This document shows, in pieces, positions 1 to 14,069 of a stretch of DNA of 64,000 bases. Position numbers and translations under genes: made by a program. Each line of letters starts with the position of its first letter. The stretch's first letter is position 1. The notes under the pieces were generated by a model that worked only from the letters and a program-made list of their open reading frames with translations, was not told where the DNA came from and searched no databases. The stretch comes from Lama guanicoe. Taxonomy: Eukaryota. The stretch lies in the NCBI GenBank assembly GCA_013239625.1, contig MU054220.1, positions 8,529,367 through 8,593,366 of the forward strand. The letters are read 5' to 3'.

Positions 1-689
1 CCCAGAAACAAGGTGGGGCAGAAGAAGGAGGTTCAGCTGAGGCAAGAGAGGGTCACAGCTGAAGGAAGCTGGCTACCACAAAAACGGCCAGACTGAAAAA
101 CAAGAACTATTGAATCTTGTGTGGGTGGCAGGCAGACACAGGACAAGTGTCGTAAAGTCTTGGGAGGCACCAGAGGTGTGTGGTTCATCTGTAAACATGT
201 AAATTACCATTTAGTAACACCCTAACCCTTATAAATAGAAAAAGACTGATTTTTATACAGTCTGTATTCTAAGCGATCTTTTAGTTTTGAAAATAAATGC
301 TGAGAATAAGATTAAATTTCCTCTTTAATATTTTCTGTTTTGAGGAAACCCTAAGTGTGCATTTACTGAGTTTGCACTAGTTGTCATTTTTCTTGCTAAG
401 AATTTAATTATAAAGTTTGCTTCTTTTAATGTCTCTTTCTCAAGGAAAAAAAGCATAGTTGAATATTAAAAAAAATAGATGTTATGATAACATTGTGTGT
501 TTGAGAAAAGAACACAAGATAGGATTTAAAAGAGGTCACCAAGAAGCTGTGTTTCTCAGTGAGTTACTTAACTTCAGTCTAGTTTTCTGTCAACATAGGT
601 TATTCATTTCACATAACATACACTGACTTGGTTAAGAGAACAGATCTGCATTTGGACTTGTGTAAAAGATGATCAATAGCATTAAGTCT

Positions 690-790
690 CCTATGAACTA
701 TGTGATTCTGATTTTATCACTTAGACTCTCTGTGCCTCAGTTTCCTCATTTAAAAACAGGGAAATAATAGTACCTATCAAATGTCTGTAA
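690..790 (+). mobile_element. MIR SINE core fragment
   Basis: ctctgtgcctcagtttcctcatttaaaaacagggaaataatagtacct matches the MIR core. Confidence 0.8.
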
Positions 791-1774
791 CATGCTTGGA
801 GTACTCATTAACATGTGAATGCTGAGAAAACACTTACCTAGAAAGATAAACTGATTTGCCCAAAGACATATAGATTTTGAGTAAATCCCAGGATTAGAGC
901 CAAACTGTTAACTTTCATCCCATTGTATTCTATGCCATTCCCACAGTGCCCCACACAGCGGTGCTTATGGTCATCTTTTGTCTCTAAAATTTATTAACAC
1001 TATTTTTATTAGTATTTTAAATTGTGTAATAAGCTCATCAGTAATTACTAATCAATAAGTTAGCCAATCACCATAGGTAGATTTGCTTTTCCATTGCTTT
1101 TAAGGTGATTTTTAAAATGTCCTTTTATTTTTAGCATTTATCTGGGAAGTATCTGGGACTGCTTGCTCTTAAGGATCTATTCTGATTCTTTTAGAAGAAT
1201 TGCTACATTTTAGGATCTCAAGCCTTACCCGGTTTGGGAAATAGAGAAGACTGACAAACGGATTCTCCAAATAGATTTTATAATTCCTCTCGGTGATACT
1301 CAGCATAAAGTGGGTTTATGATGCAGGGTAAGCCCAGAAATCAATATCTTAAGCCAAACGTCGAGTAGAAGAGATATTTCCTGGGGGTATCACTATGGAA
1401 GCCAAAGTGGCTCAAGTTAGCAATATCGAAGAAAGGGAAAATACTGCACAGAAACAGAGCCGCAAACAAATTAAACCAAACCCTGTGGTTGCAGGTGAAA
1501 CAGTATTTATAATCCCTTACATTGCATGCCTTTATTTCCAATTTCTTCTCCCAAGATGGTACTAGACTCCGTAAACACCCCTGGCCGGCAAAGACTAGGC
1601 ATTCCAACTCAGAATCACTACTTCATAACAAAACTTATTTCAAGATACATTAGGCATCCCCAGCTGGGCTAAACACAACTGCAATGTAATGTCTGCTTCT
1701 AAAAAATTTTTAAAAGGACTCTTCGTTCAGTAGCCAGTGGGCTGAGACAGCTGTATCTTAAAATCTCCAGTGAA

Positions 1775-1828
1775 CTTCAGAGTTATAAATTAGGTCCTGG
1801 TCTTCAGAGTTATAAATTAGACCCTGGT
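1775..1828. repeat. 27-bp tandem duplication, 2 copies
   Basis: cttcagagttataaattaggtcctggt followed by cttcagagttataaattagaccctggt (2 mismatches). Confidence 0.9.
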
Positions 1829-2766
1829 TTTCCCTCTGTCTGAAGAGCATTCAGAAGAAAAGATCTGAAAAATTTGGAGTGATTTTTATGGAACACCCAC
1901 ACCTTGAGAAATGTTTTGGGAAAGAATTCATATCCAGAGATGCCATAAAGGGATACATAGTGATTCCGATTGCTGGCCTGAACGTGGGCAAGGGCGTGTG
2001 GGTTCCATCTCTACATCCTTCACAGCATTTCCAGCAAGGGTTGAGCATTCTGTAAATTAAAATCATGTATATTGTGTGACTCTATTAGTTCCAAACAGAA
2101 AGGTATGTTGATACATTCTGAATAGAGAAAATCTAAAACAAGCACAAACACTTTAGAGTGTGCTAACACAGTCACATTTATTACTAGTGATCTGAGAATT
2201 ACCTAAGGAGACTTTTTTGGTCTCCTTGCATATATCTACATATAGAAATTCCTTGTTTCGTCCTATTAGATTAATGGATTCTTTGAGTTCGTATTTATCA
2301 CTCCTATCCCTCATGCTTGGATTTCTATAAAATTAATGCTGGTCTACATTTCATTCTGGTGTGATAGCATTAGACAACTTGGGGCTTTCAAAAAATAAGT
2401 TGTTGACTTGGGTTTTAGAAATGTGGAGCAAGAACTTCAAGTTTTGCTTGCTAAGCATGTCATAAAAAACATTGTCTGCCTGAAAATCATAGATGACAAA
2501 TATTTCTGCTTCTCCTTCCCTGGAGAAAAGGACATGACCGGTGATCTATGTAAGTCTTAACAGGTCTTCACCCTCCAGGTTGCCCTGGAATCTCTGAGGA
2601 CCATTGATGACTCAGGTCATAATAGTCCAAACTGTGACAGCCCTGAACTTGGAGCAAGAAAATTTATGTTTTCGGTATCGTTTTGAAACTAATGAGTTAT
2701 ATAATTTGAGAAATGATCATGTTGTTATTTGGGAAATTCCATTCATTTTCTTTTTTGTGCTGGGAA

Positions 2767-3104
2767 TGTTAAAAAAATAAACTGAGGCTTATTAAACATT
2801 TTAAGGGTTTATTTGAGTGCAAATCTACTGGAATCAGGCAGCACTAAACCAGAAGTGGTTGGGAGCCCTCCACCCACTGGAGCCAGGGGACAGGCTTATC
2901 AGAGAAAGTGCAAAGCAAAGAAAGGGAATTCTTTGACTGGTTACAGCTTGAAGCCAAGTTGGCTGTTTGTGATTGGCTGTCCTTAGTGTTTTGATTTCAT
3001 AACCCTGAGGCATTTTCGGGCTTAGATTCTGGTTTCTTTACATAGACCTCCACAGCATGAGAGCCACCTCAACCTAATGGCCTCTTTGTTTAATCAGTTG
3101 AACG
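2767..3104 (-). mobile_element. ERV1-class solo LTR (about 340 bp)
   Basis: Starts TGTTAA and ends TTGAACG (decayed TTAACA). AATAAA on the minus strand near 2808 and CCAAT-like gattggct. No clean TSD. Confidence 0.65.
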
Positions 3105-4791
3105 CAACACTATATACTTATTGGAATCACAGAATGCGTAAGATTGAGTCTTAGAGATGATCTATTCCAGTCCTCTCATGATTTAGATATAAAATGAATC
3201 TAATATAAATATTCAGGGCTTTTGAGCCGTTTTTCAAAACCTGCCATGTCGGTATTGGGTTTCTGTAGGCACTCTGTTGCAGGCAGGACTGTTTTAGGAT
3301 TTTCAGGGAGTTAAAAGGAAACAAGTGGTAACCTGACAAAAACTATAGATGCAACACTTGCTGAGATTCCTGTTTTGGTCTGTTTAATGAGCATTTATCA
3401 CATTATGCATGTGACAGACTCAGATGTATGTGACAGACACTGTTTTTTTTTATAGAAGCATCATTTACCCATGAAAAATACATGCAAAGCAGGGACTTTG
3501 GTCCATAATGTTGAATTACAATGTACTCTGCAATGATTGTATGTAAGTATACAACATACTTATATAATGGCTGATGTTTTGTTTATTTTTATATTTTATA
3601 ATCTATTTATACCTTAGAGATTAAGTATTCAAAATAGGCACTAGACAATTGTAGCAATTTTGAGAAATACCTGCAATCTAAAGTTGATTATTAAACTTTC
3701 CAACTAATCTCTCACCTCAACTCCTCCACCTACGACCCATGCAGAGATCCTTAACACGGTGAACTCATTGTTCCATTACAGGTCAGAAAATAATTGGGTA
3801 AGGGAGTGAGATCTGAGAAAGTAATTCTATATGTGGGGAGGTGAGGGTTACAAGGTCAAGAGACCACCCTAGTATTAGACATTATTGTTCATATTTTTCA
3901 CAGGAGGAAAAAGCAGCTTAAGAATTTTTCAAATCACACAGCTAACAAAGAGTGGTGTGGCGTTAATGCCCACATATTTTTTGCCCACACAACTTTTCAA
4001 GAAAAAGTTCACTTAAATAGTCCATCGCATAATTCTCCTTGCACATTCTGAAGCATGACAGATAGTGTTCAGACTAGATCAAATCATAACCTCAATTCTA
4101 AGTTTTCTATAGAAATATTCATGCTTTTGTGTATTCTTTCAGAATATTTCCTTTCACATTAACACACACAGCTATGTTCAATAAAAAATTAAATATTGAT
4201 TTCATGCGATGGTCTCTCATAAACGACAGCACTGGTCTGATTATAAAGCCTACGGCACAAATATATTTTAATGATCACTTTTATTACAAAGGTAATTATG
4301 TTCATAATGAAAAATTTGGAAATGCAGAAAGCAAAGAAAGAAAGCGAAAATAACACGAACTTCTGTCACTGTCTACATTCTGAATGCAGTTTTTATGGGA
4401 GATCTTTTAGGAAGAAACTCAACCGAAAGCCCGTCATTCCATAACCCGTAGCGTAGCATCATATACTTCTCAGGAGGGACAGGAGGGGTCTAGACAAGCC
4501 CTGAGCCCTGTGTTTCGGTGAATAAGGCTGCGGGCTCGGTGGTCAGGATGGCCGGCTCCCGTCATGTCCCCTTCAGCTCCCCTCGGCTGTGACAGTTTCA
4601 CAGACTGTTTTTGGTGACCTTGACAGTTTCGATAACCTGCAACCCCAGGTGAAACAACGTCATTAAGAGAGCAATAAATATACACAGTTCTTTTTGCCCA
4701 GATATTTATGGATGTTCTGGACACCGTTCTCTTATTTATTTCTAATCTAATTCCACTGTGGTCAGAGAACACACGTTGGATGATTTCTGTT

Positions 4792-5190
4792 TGTATTTGT
4801 TTCCTAGGACTGCCATAGCTGAGCACCCTAAACTGAGTGTCGCAACAACAGAAATGAATCTACTCACCGTTTTGGATGCTAGAAGCTCAAAATCAAGCCA
4901 CGGTCCCATTAAAGGCTCAAGCGGAGGATTCTCCCTTGCCTCTTGCAGCTTCTGCTCGCCCCCATGTGTCTTGGCTGGGGGCAGTGGAACTCTGATCTCG
5001 GCTTCCGTCTTCACATGGTGTTTACTCCCTAGGTATCTCCACCTTCGTCCCTTCTTATAAGGACACTAGTCATGTTAGATTAGGGCCTGCCCTCCTGTCT
5101 TCATCTTAATTTGATTGCATCTGCAAATAAGGTCAAATTCACAGGTGCCAGCGGTTTAGAGCTTCAATATATATTTTTTAACCCTTAACA
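4792..5190 (-). mobile_element. MaLR solo LTR (MLT1B/C-like) inserted in the L1
   Basis: tgtatttgtttcctaggactgccatag...acaacagaaatgaatctactcac...cttataaggacactagtcat...acccttaaca is the reverse complement of MLT1. Confidence 0.85.
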
Positions 5191-6017
5191 TTATTTTTTT
5201 TAATTTTTTAAGGTGAGCTTTGTAACGCATTATGTAGTCTATTTTGGTGAATGTTCCATATGAGTCTAAGGAGCATGTATATTTTGCTCTCGTTCAAGGG
5301 AGAATTGTCTAAATGGCAATCGGATTAATTTAATTGATAGGGCAGGTCAGGTAATTTATACCTCTATGAGTTTTCTGACTACATATATATTAATTACTAA
5401 CAGAGTAGGGGTTTTTTTTGTATGTATCTCTAGCTATAATAGTAGATTTATCAATAGCTCTTTCCAGGCTGTTGGTTTTTGCCTCGTGTGTTTTGATGCT
5501 TTCTTGTTCAATACATACACCTTGAGGATTTCTGTGTTGTCTTGGAAAAGTGACTACTTTATCATTATGCAATGTCCCTTCTTTGTCCCTGATAATCTTT
5601 CTTGTTCTGAAGTCCATTTTGCCTGAAACCCATAAGTCTATTCCAGACTTTTTTGATTCATTGCAGCATGGTATATCTTTTGCCATCTTTTTACTTTTAA
5701 CCCAGGTCAGTCTTTATATTTAAAATGGGTTTTTTGTAAACAAAATATAGTTGGATGATGTTTTCTGGCCCACTCTAGTGATTACTATCTCTTGATTGGT
5801 GGATTTAGTCATGTCAGATTTAAAGTGACTGTTGATATAGTTGGATGTATCAGATCTATAATATTTTTCAACTCATTGATTTTGGTTTTTATAACTATTA
5901 TTATTTTTGCCTTATCTGTCTTTAATGGAACATTTATATGATTATAGCTTACCCCCCTCCTTAAAATATAAGCTATATTATTTTCTCTACACCTAAAATA
6001 ATTTATTTTCATAAATC

Positions 6018-6115
6018 TTTTTTATTGAAGTATAATTGATTTACAATGTTGTGTTACTTTCAGGTGTATAGCAAAGTGATTCAGTTATACATATACATGT
6101 TATATATTTCTTTAA
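6018..6115 (-). mobile_element. Short artiodactyl-type L1 3' end
   Basis: ttttttattgaagtataattgatttacaatgttgtg...tcaggtgtatagcaaagtgattcagttatacatatac. Confidence 0.8.
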
Positions 6116-9100
6116 AAATAATTTTAGTGGCAATACTGTAGCAGATATTTTATATTTTTAACCAATTTTAGGGGCACCTTCCCATGGACTACTCGATGTG
6201 TAGAGCATGAACCTTATAACACTGTATTCCAAATTTATCCCCACCTCCCATTTGACAACTGTGTCATTCACTCCCCTCATTCAGATGCTATAATCACCTA
6301 ATACATTGTTTCTATTACTATATTAAATGTAAAGTTATATTTTGAGCAATTAAAAATAAGAGAAACAAAAGATTTCATTTTATCTTCATTCATCCCTTCT
6401 CTGAATCTTCTTTTTTGAGATAGTTCTTGGTTACTGACCTTTTACTATTTTCCTACTGATTAAAAAAAAAACCAAAAAACTTCTTTTAACATTTCTTATA
6501 AGGCAGGTGTAGTTGACATATTCCCTCAGTTTTATTTGTCTGAGAAAATCTTCATTTCTCCTTCACCTTTAAAAGGGGTAATTTCATAGACACAGAATTC
6601 TAGGCTAGCCAGATGGTCTTTTATTTCAACACTGTAATTATTTCATTCCCCTCTCTTCGTGCTTGTATGGTTTCTGAAAAGGAATCGACCATAATTTTTA
6701 TATTTGTTCTGCTATAAGTAAGTAGGGTCTTTTCCAAGATTTTCTCTTTGTGTTTGGTTTCCTGCAGTTTGAATACGGTTTGCTTAGCTACGTATGAGGT
6801 CAGGGCGGGACGAGTCTTGGTGTGTATTCCACTTGGTGTAACTTCTTGAATCTGTGGTTTGTTTTCTTTTCTTAATTTTGGAAAGTTTCAGCCCTTATTA
6901 CTTCAAATCTCTCTTCTGATCTTTTCTCTTGTTCTTCTCCTGGTATTTAAAACGCAGCTGTGTTACACCAGTGAGAATGACACCATTCTTGGATGTTCCT
7001 TTGTTTCTTTTCTTTTCTTTTTTTTTGTTCTGTTATTTCAGTTTGGAAAGTTTCTGTGGACGTATATTCAAGCTCACTGAGTCTCTCTTTGGCTGTGTCC
7101 AGTACACTGACGGGTCCATCAAAGTCATTTTTTATTTCTGTTACATTGTTGTTGATTTCTAGCATCTCCTCTTGATTTTTCCTTAGTGTTTTCGTCTCTC
7201 TGCTTTCATTTCCCACTGCCCCTTCACGACGTCTACTTTTTCCACTATAGCATTTGGCATCCTATTCAGAGTTATTTTCAAATCCCTATCTGATAAATCC
7301 ACATCTCTGTCGCATCTGGCTGTGATTCTGATGCTACTTTTTTTTTTCAAACTATATTTTTTTCTTGCCTTTTATATGCCTTGTAATTGTTTTTTGTTGT
7401 TGTTAAAGTCAGGTATATATCAGTAATAGTACCTTAGGTAAACAGGACTTTTGCATGACAATTTATGGTAATCTGCCTGGAAGTTGGGTTGTTTGCAATG
7501 TTTGCTGTGCCTATGAATGAAAGAGGTTTCAAATTACTCTAGTGTCCTCATTCTCTTCTTTTGTCTCTGGGCTTTCTTAGTACTCCTACTCAGAATAAGT
7601 CTTTTTTTTTTCTTGAAGCTCTTTTGCTATAACCCACTGTTATGATACTGGAACTCTGTTGTGATGGTAACATGTGGAAGAGAGGGGCACATTCTACAAT
7701 CTTTTGATTCAATCTCAGTCAGTGGTCCTGTGTGTTGGATGTGTAACAATGCCTTCTCTCTCTGTCCTCTACCCCTTTCCAGGACTGCAGCATTATCGAT
7801 CTTGTCTCTTGAAGCCATTGACCCCTGTTGAATAGTCTTCCTTACCTAATGTGAGTCAGGAAAACTAGTAAGGACAGGAGTTGAAGGAATGTCTTTTCCC
7901 CAACTGGGAGAAGGCTATGATGAAGTCTTGTCCCCTGGAGCATAAAACTTCCTTAATGGAGAAAACACTGAGTTTATTTCAGAGTTATGAATTCTCCCTA
8001 CCCCAGTCAAATCTACATGGGGATCTTTCTTGGATCTTCATTGTAAGGACATGGGGTCAGGGAACTTCTAGAGACAGAGCTCATGGATATATGGAGATCC
8101 TGCTAACACCGTAAGCCTCAGGAGTGTCTCAGTCTCATGCTAGTTCACACTGAGCCTCCAGAAATGTATTCAAATTGACATTGAGAAAATATAGTCATTT
8201 AAAAACCCAACATTAAGTGTTCCTTTCACTTTATGCTATGTAAGAAGATCTTGGTTGTGTCTTTCTGGATGAAACTGTGTCCTCAGCTTTCAGAGTGTTA
8301 GTTACTTAATTGTACTTGTCCATTCTCTCACTTCCATTTGATGCATTTTTATAATTTATACAGTCATTCTACTTTCTTTCTTTATCTTCTTGGACATAAT
8401 TATAATAGTTGACTGAGTCCTTGTCTACTAATTGCAACATTTGTGGTATCTCACATCTAATTTCCTTGGAATGCTTCCCCCTGACTTTGATTTTTAAGTG
8501 CAAGTCTAATGGTTTGTTTTGTTTTGTGTCACTATTCAACGCTGGCTATTGTGGAAGACCTCTTTAAAAAAGTCTGAAATATGTTATCATTCTTTAACTT
8601 AGAGTCCTGAGTTATGTTCTGGCAGAAATATAAAGTACTGGATGCAAATTTTCTTAATATTGTCAAACTTGGTTTCACGGCGTGGGAGATAAAATTTATT
8701 CTGAAATTGCCTTTGGGGAATAATCTTTACTATGAAATTATGTTATTTCTGGATTGTCAGTTCAGTACCCGTGGATCACAGTGAGATCTTTGCACTCTTC
8801 CTAGGATTGATCCCCAAAGCTCCCCAGCCTTGGTGATCTCTGATATTTCTTCTGAGCTCTTAGCCTCACATCACCTGCTCTCGACTTCGCCTCTCCGAGT
8901 CTTGCTCTGCTCATGAGCAGCTCTCTCCTTAACCTCTATCTCTTTATGTTGTTACTTAGAAACTGCCACCAAGCAGAAGTCCAGAGTAAATGTGGATCTC
9001 CTTTTGCTCAAGTATCACATTTCAGTGTTACGCTGGTCCTGTCCTTGAAAACAGTGGCGTCATATCTGTTGCTAATTTCATAGCAGATTTCAGGAGAATA

Positions 9101-9929
9101 ATACAAATCATTCCTTTTATTCCATCACAACAGAAAGCTAAAGTCCTATGAAACCTACTTGCCATATAACTCTTGCCGTTAAAATATTTATTCTTATGTA
9201 GCCCATTTTAATTATTTTTATTGAAGGTTTTCCATGTTGTGTTATTTATAAAAGAGATCTTTCTGCCCCAAAGTCGGGATACAGTAAGAACTTGCTCTAG
9301 TTTTTGGTTCATACAAAGTCTTCCTTTTTGTTTCTGTTTTGTTTCTAGTAAGTTAAAGGTGATATGGGTATAACCTAGGTAAAATTTTCCTATTATTATA
9401 GGATGTATGGACGTGAAAGTTATCTGAAAATCAAAATCCCCTAACCACGCTTTCAAGATGCACAATGCGTCAGTGTCAGCCGCGACAAAATGTGCCCCAA
9501 AGTCGTCTTTCTGGTGTAGTTTCATTCCTCATCAGGCCTCCTGCAACACAGTGGATTCCCCCAAAGAAACTGAACTCCCTTCTCATCTCTTTATCCTTCT
9601 CCACCTTTATGTAGCCTCGAGTATCACTCTCAACTCATCCCATAATATTTCCATACAATTATATATATTTTTTTCAACTATGTGCCTCAGATTAGGCCTC
9701 TCTCCTGTCCACACTTCCCAGCTCTTTTTTACTTGGATTCTTCCTGCTCTGTATGTGCACGTTCAAAATTTTCGATTGTTGAAAATGTCTTGAGAACAGA
9801 GGATCTTTGTCTTATTCACCATTGATAACCATTCCAGCAATGAAAAATATTTCTAATGTATCTTATGCTAATTGACAAGCCCTATGGTGTATATAGTTTC
9901 CTTCTTAAATATACTGAAGACTAGTTTAC

Positions 9930-11240
9930 ATACAATAACTTATATGTTTTTAAAATACACAATTCTATATGTTTTGCCAGTTATATATACCCAGGAAATT
10001 GTTACCAAGTCCAAACTCCTTCTGCTCACCCCACGGCAGGCCAGCAAGTTGAGAGACAAGGTGCTGGGGCAAGGAACAACAACTTTACACAGAAAGCCGG
10101 CAGACCGAGAAGATGGAGGACTAACGTGCTAGAGAGCCATCTGGCCCAAGTCACAACCAGGCCCCTTTTATACTAAAAGGTGGTTGGTTGGTGCAAGCTT
10201 CTTGGTGTCAGACTCCTTTGTTCTTGCAGTTGTCCGCGTAGCTCAGGTCATGGTGTCCCCGTAAATTTCCAGCAAAGCAAATGTTATTTGTATTCTGCAA
10301 CTTTTTAACTGTATATGAATGGGGACATTTTAATGCACTTAACAGTTAGTGGTCAGAGCCTTGAGGTTAGGCTGTCTTGTGTATTTCAGGATACAGGCAA
10401 CATCCTTTGGCAAAAGGTGCAGAACCAGTATGACTAAGCACAGCAAACAGAGCACAGGGTTAGAGCTAAGGGAACAGATGCAATATGAAGTCAGACTTGT
10501 GCTTCCCTGTTACAAAATCACTACCACGACTGTGATGCAGAACATCGTCACCAACTCTAAGATGCCTGTATTCTCTGTAGTCCAGCTCTCCCTCTGCCCT
10601 TGACCTTTAGGCAGCCATGAATCTGCTTTATATCATGATAGTTTAGTTTGAATTTTATATAAATGAAATCATACATTTATTTCCTAATTGTGTGTGTGTG
10701 TATTTGATTTCTTCCATCAACTTAATGATTTTAAGAATCAAATATCATACTGCATGTAACAGCAGGGTTTTTTTTCCTTTTCATTATACAATAGTATTTC
10801 ATTATATAGATACAGCAGACTGTGTAATATGTGTAAAACATTTACATTACAATTGTTGATGGACATTTGCATTGTTTCCAGTTTTGGACTCACAAATAAA
10901 ACTGCTACAGATATTCATATAAGTCCTCTGTGTAGACAAACGTTATTAATATTTCTTGAGCAAATACCTAGGATTGCAACGGTTTGGTCATATGGCAAGT
11001 GTAATCTAAATTTTCACAAGGCTGACAAACAATTTTTTAAATTAGTTGTTCCATTATCATTCCCACCTGTCATCCATGAATTTCATTTGCCTCACATCCT
11101 TACCAACATTCTGTATGGCTAATCTTTTAATTTTGGCCATTCTAATGGGCATGCACTGGTATCTTGTTTTGTTTTAATTTGCCTTTCCTGATGACAAGTG
11201 ATGTACAATTTTTTGCGTATATATTTCTACGTAAAATATT
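9930..11240 (-). mobile_element. Old L1M 3' end, interrupted by the LTR at 10000-10514
   Basis: gttgatggacatttgcattgtttccagttttgg, aaatacctaggattgc and ggccattctaatggg are typical antisense L1M 3' sequence. Confidence 0.8.
10000..10514 (-). mobile_element. ERV1-class solo LTR with 4-bp TSD
   Basis: TGTTACC...TGTTACA termini flanked by AAAT at 9996-9999 and 10515-10518. TATA box (gtataaaa) on the minus strand near 10166. Confidence 0.85.
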
Positions 11241-11535
11241 TAAAATTTTTAGTTACCTGTACTATACCTGATTATTGAAAATATCCTATGTGTTAATGAA
11301 TAAATCTATATTTTTTCACACATGCATAATCATGTATCATAAAACCATCATAAAAATTATTTTTAAAGTATATCATGTCAGATAATCATAATCTTTTACC
11401 AACAGCAGGAGGTCAGGCACGATAGGTGCATATCTTAGTGAAGTTCTTAGACCTTGCATCAATTCTGTTCAACTCAAAATCTAAAATGGTTACAAAATGC
11501 AGGTCATAGGCCATGTATTCTACTAAGTAAGACTA

Positions 11536-11908
11536 TGTCAGGAAACTGAATGTTTGTGTCCTCTACAAATTCTTATGTTGAAACATAATCCCCAGTGCAG
11601 TGGTATTTGGAGTTGGAGTCTTTGGGAAGTGAGTTAGGTCTGATGGTGGAGCACTCGTGAGGGAGATTGGTGCCCTTATAAAGGAGACCTCAAGAGAGTC
11701 CTCCTGAGAGCACTGTCTCCCCTTCTGTTGTGTGAGGACACTGAGAAGATGGCCCTCTATGAACCGGGAAGCCGGATCTCACCAGACACCGAATCTATGA
11801 GCGCCTTGATCATGTAATTTCCAGCCTCCGGAACTGTAAGAAATTAGTGTTTGTTGTTTATAAAGCCACCCAGTTGATGGTATTCCGCTAGCAGCCCAGG
11901 CTAAGACA
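11536..11908 (+). mobile_element. MLT1A-type MaLR solo LTR
   Basis: actgaatgtttgtgtcc...aattcttatgttgaaac...gcccttataaagg...ccagcctccggaactgtaag...ctaagaca. Confidence 0.9.
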
Positions 11909-12997
11909 TATACGTAATTTATAACACACCCTTCTTCTTAAGAATTTAAGAGACATAGCCAAATAAAACCGCTGCACGAAGTTCAAGCTAAAACCTAGAC
12001 TCTCAGCACTTCCAATCTCATGACTTTTTCTTGTGGAGAAATCATGTGACTGACTAAAAGGGATCAGATCACCGTTTCTACCCTTCCCTTTGCTGTTTTG
12101 TTGTTTATGAGTACTGCGTCAATTTAGGGTGACCCACTCAGAGACAGCACAGACATTTAAAGTCCTCTCAAAATTGCTGGCAAACTGTGGTTCACAAATT
12201 GAAAACTTTGTTTATAGCCATAAAGATTGAGTGTAGGCAAGGACAGCCCAAAGGAATGAGTAGCCTGCTAGTCCAATTAAATGAACGCACTTAATGTGTG
12301 GACAAGCAAGAGGATAAAGAGCTTAAAGAAGATAATTTAATCAGAGGAAAAAGAGCCACCCCAATAGAATAATGAATATATGGTCAAAAAGGAATAGTCT
12401 GATTTCTGGCTGTATTTAAACCCCAAATTCTGCCCATTTAGATCTAATGACTAAGACTGTTTTAACAAGGTTGAATTTGATATAGGTTCATGTTTACTGA
12501 CCATTCTTAACTCGGTTAAAATAATATAAGTAGAGCTTTGGGGGATAACCATTTAGTTATTTTATCTGAATAAAAAAAGGTAGTTTTATAAATCTTTGAG
12601 GCTTTGCTTTAGTTTCCATATTTTCTTACCAGTTATGTGTCCTTAATTATGTCATTTCGAGGTAATGCTCAGAGATCTTCAGAGTTAAGCCAGATCTTGG
12701 GTGGAACTGCCTATCTACCAGCAAAAAAAGCCTGCTTAAAAAAACAAACAAAAAAAGCATTTGAAAAAGAAAAATGTTTATTAATTTTTGCTTTTTAATT
12801 TTAAATGACTCTTATGCAATGTTTGGCAATGTTTCCAATTGGATTAATGATCTCAGCATTAAAAGATTATACAGGAAAAAAAGACCTACAATAATTCAGC
12901 ATGTTTATTATTTTAGATGGAGGAGATTTCCTTAAGTGAATCTCATGTTTGAAATTATAGTGAAATTAATAACTAACATTTAGTAGTACTTCATGTG

Positions 12998-13290
12998 GAT
13001 TGGGAGACAATACCACATGGGTCACTCACATTTCTGCATGTCTTTGGATCAGAGACACTGACAGCCTTTTGATCTGGACTATCTTTTCAGGAATGTTTGT
13101 ATAGCAAATAGCCTTGGAAGATAAACATAGTCTGTCTCTGTTTGAAATATATATATTTCATATATATATACTCTCCATCCATAGCAAAGTCTGAGAAAGT
13201 GGGCAACTTTATTGCAGCTCATTGTGAAAGACTGTGAATCCTAGGCTCGTGGTTAGGAAGGCAACCCACTCTGGAATCATTTGTGCAACA
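12998..13290 (+). mobile_element. ERV1 LTR fragment, MER90-like
   Basis: tgggagacaat...catgggtc...tttctgcatgtct...ctggactatcttttcaggaatgtttgtatagcaaatagccttggaagata resembles the MER90 5' part. Confidence 0.65.
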
Positions 13291-14069
13291 CTGGAATTCT
13301 TTATTTCTTGAATGTTTATTAGTGCTCATTTGTATAAGATTTATTATTTACGGGTAATACACACATATCGGAATAGTAATTTTTTTCTGTAGGTAAATTG
13401 TATTGTTCCATTTCTTATGTAGATTAGTAAGTACAAATTATTTTATATTCTTATTTTTACAAGCACCACTTATTGAAAACTATTTTTATAAGTACTCAAT
13501 AATTAGCAAAAATTATGATTAAAAAAGAAATTCCATTTACCGCCTAAACTTACTCACTTCTAGGGCGATGTTAACATATTATAGTTCTGAGGTGATATGC
13601 AGTTTCTCCTTCAGTTTTATTTAGTAAAAAATGAATTTTAAAAAAATTGCTATGTCTTGCAAATATCCTAATGCCCGAGCTGTAACTCTCACTTGAAAGG
13701 ATAATGACTTGGAATCAATTTTTATTGCCTCCAATATAATTTAGGGAAGTCTAACAATCTCAATTATGAAAAAGTAGAAAAGAAGCTATGATTTACCATG
13801 TTAGCTTTTAATCATTTGGCAACTGATTCTGTAGGGCAGGTGTGTTTAAGCAACTCACTCATTGGGCAGACAGTTCCCTGAAAACTATTTCTTCAGCATC
13901 CTATTGGTGGGCACATTTCATGAATGTACAAAATTATCATTATTTTTTTCATATCATTCATTGCCCTATCCATCTAGTATTTCATTTAGATGTATGTTAG
14001 ACGGCTTAACACCAGGACCGGGTTGTTGAAGTCCTCAGTATTTTCAATCTATAATTTGTGAATCATTTT

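Larger units (their letters stand above)
4560..9150 (-). mobile_element. Old L1 (L1MC/MD/ME-type) fragments: 3' piece, ORF2 endonuclease region, inter-ORF, ORF1 and 5'UTR
   Basis: Minus-strand ORFs give FSDHSGIRLEIN (L1 endonuclease SDH motif), MDFRTRKIIRDKEG (ORF2 N-terminus) and EMLEINNNVTEIKNDFDG...LDTAKERLSELE (ORF1 coiled coil). Confidence 0.85.

Noticed and set aside
1341..1607. 88-aa minus-strand ORF and an overlapping open plus frame (MEAKVAQVSNIEE...)
   Set aside because: No recognisable protein similarity, and the lengths are compatible with chance.
1903..2049. Possible 147-nt minus-strand exon (tttacAG ... AG/GTGTGG) with one open frame
   Set aside because: Weak donor, unrecognised peptide and no partner exons found. 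It would need RNA-seq support.
9208..9793. 105-aa and 111-aa ORFs
   Set aside because: No known motif. They partly overlap decayed L2-like sequence.
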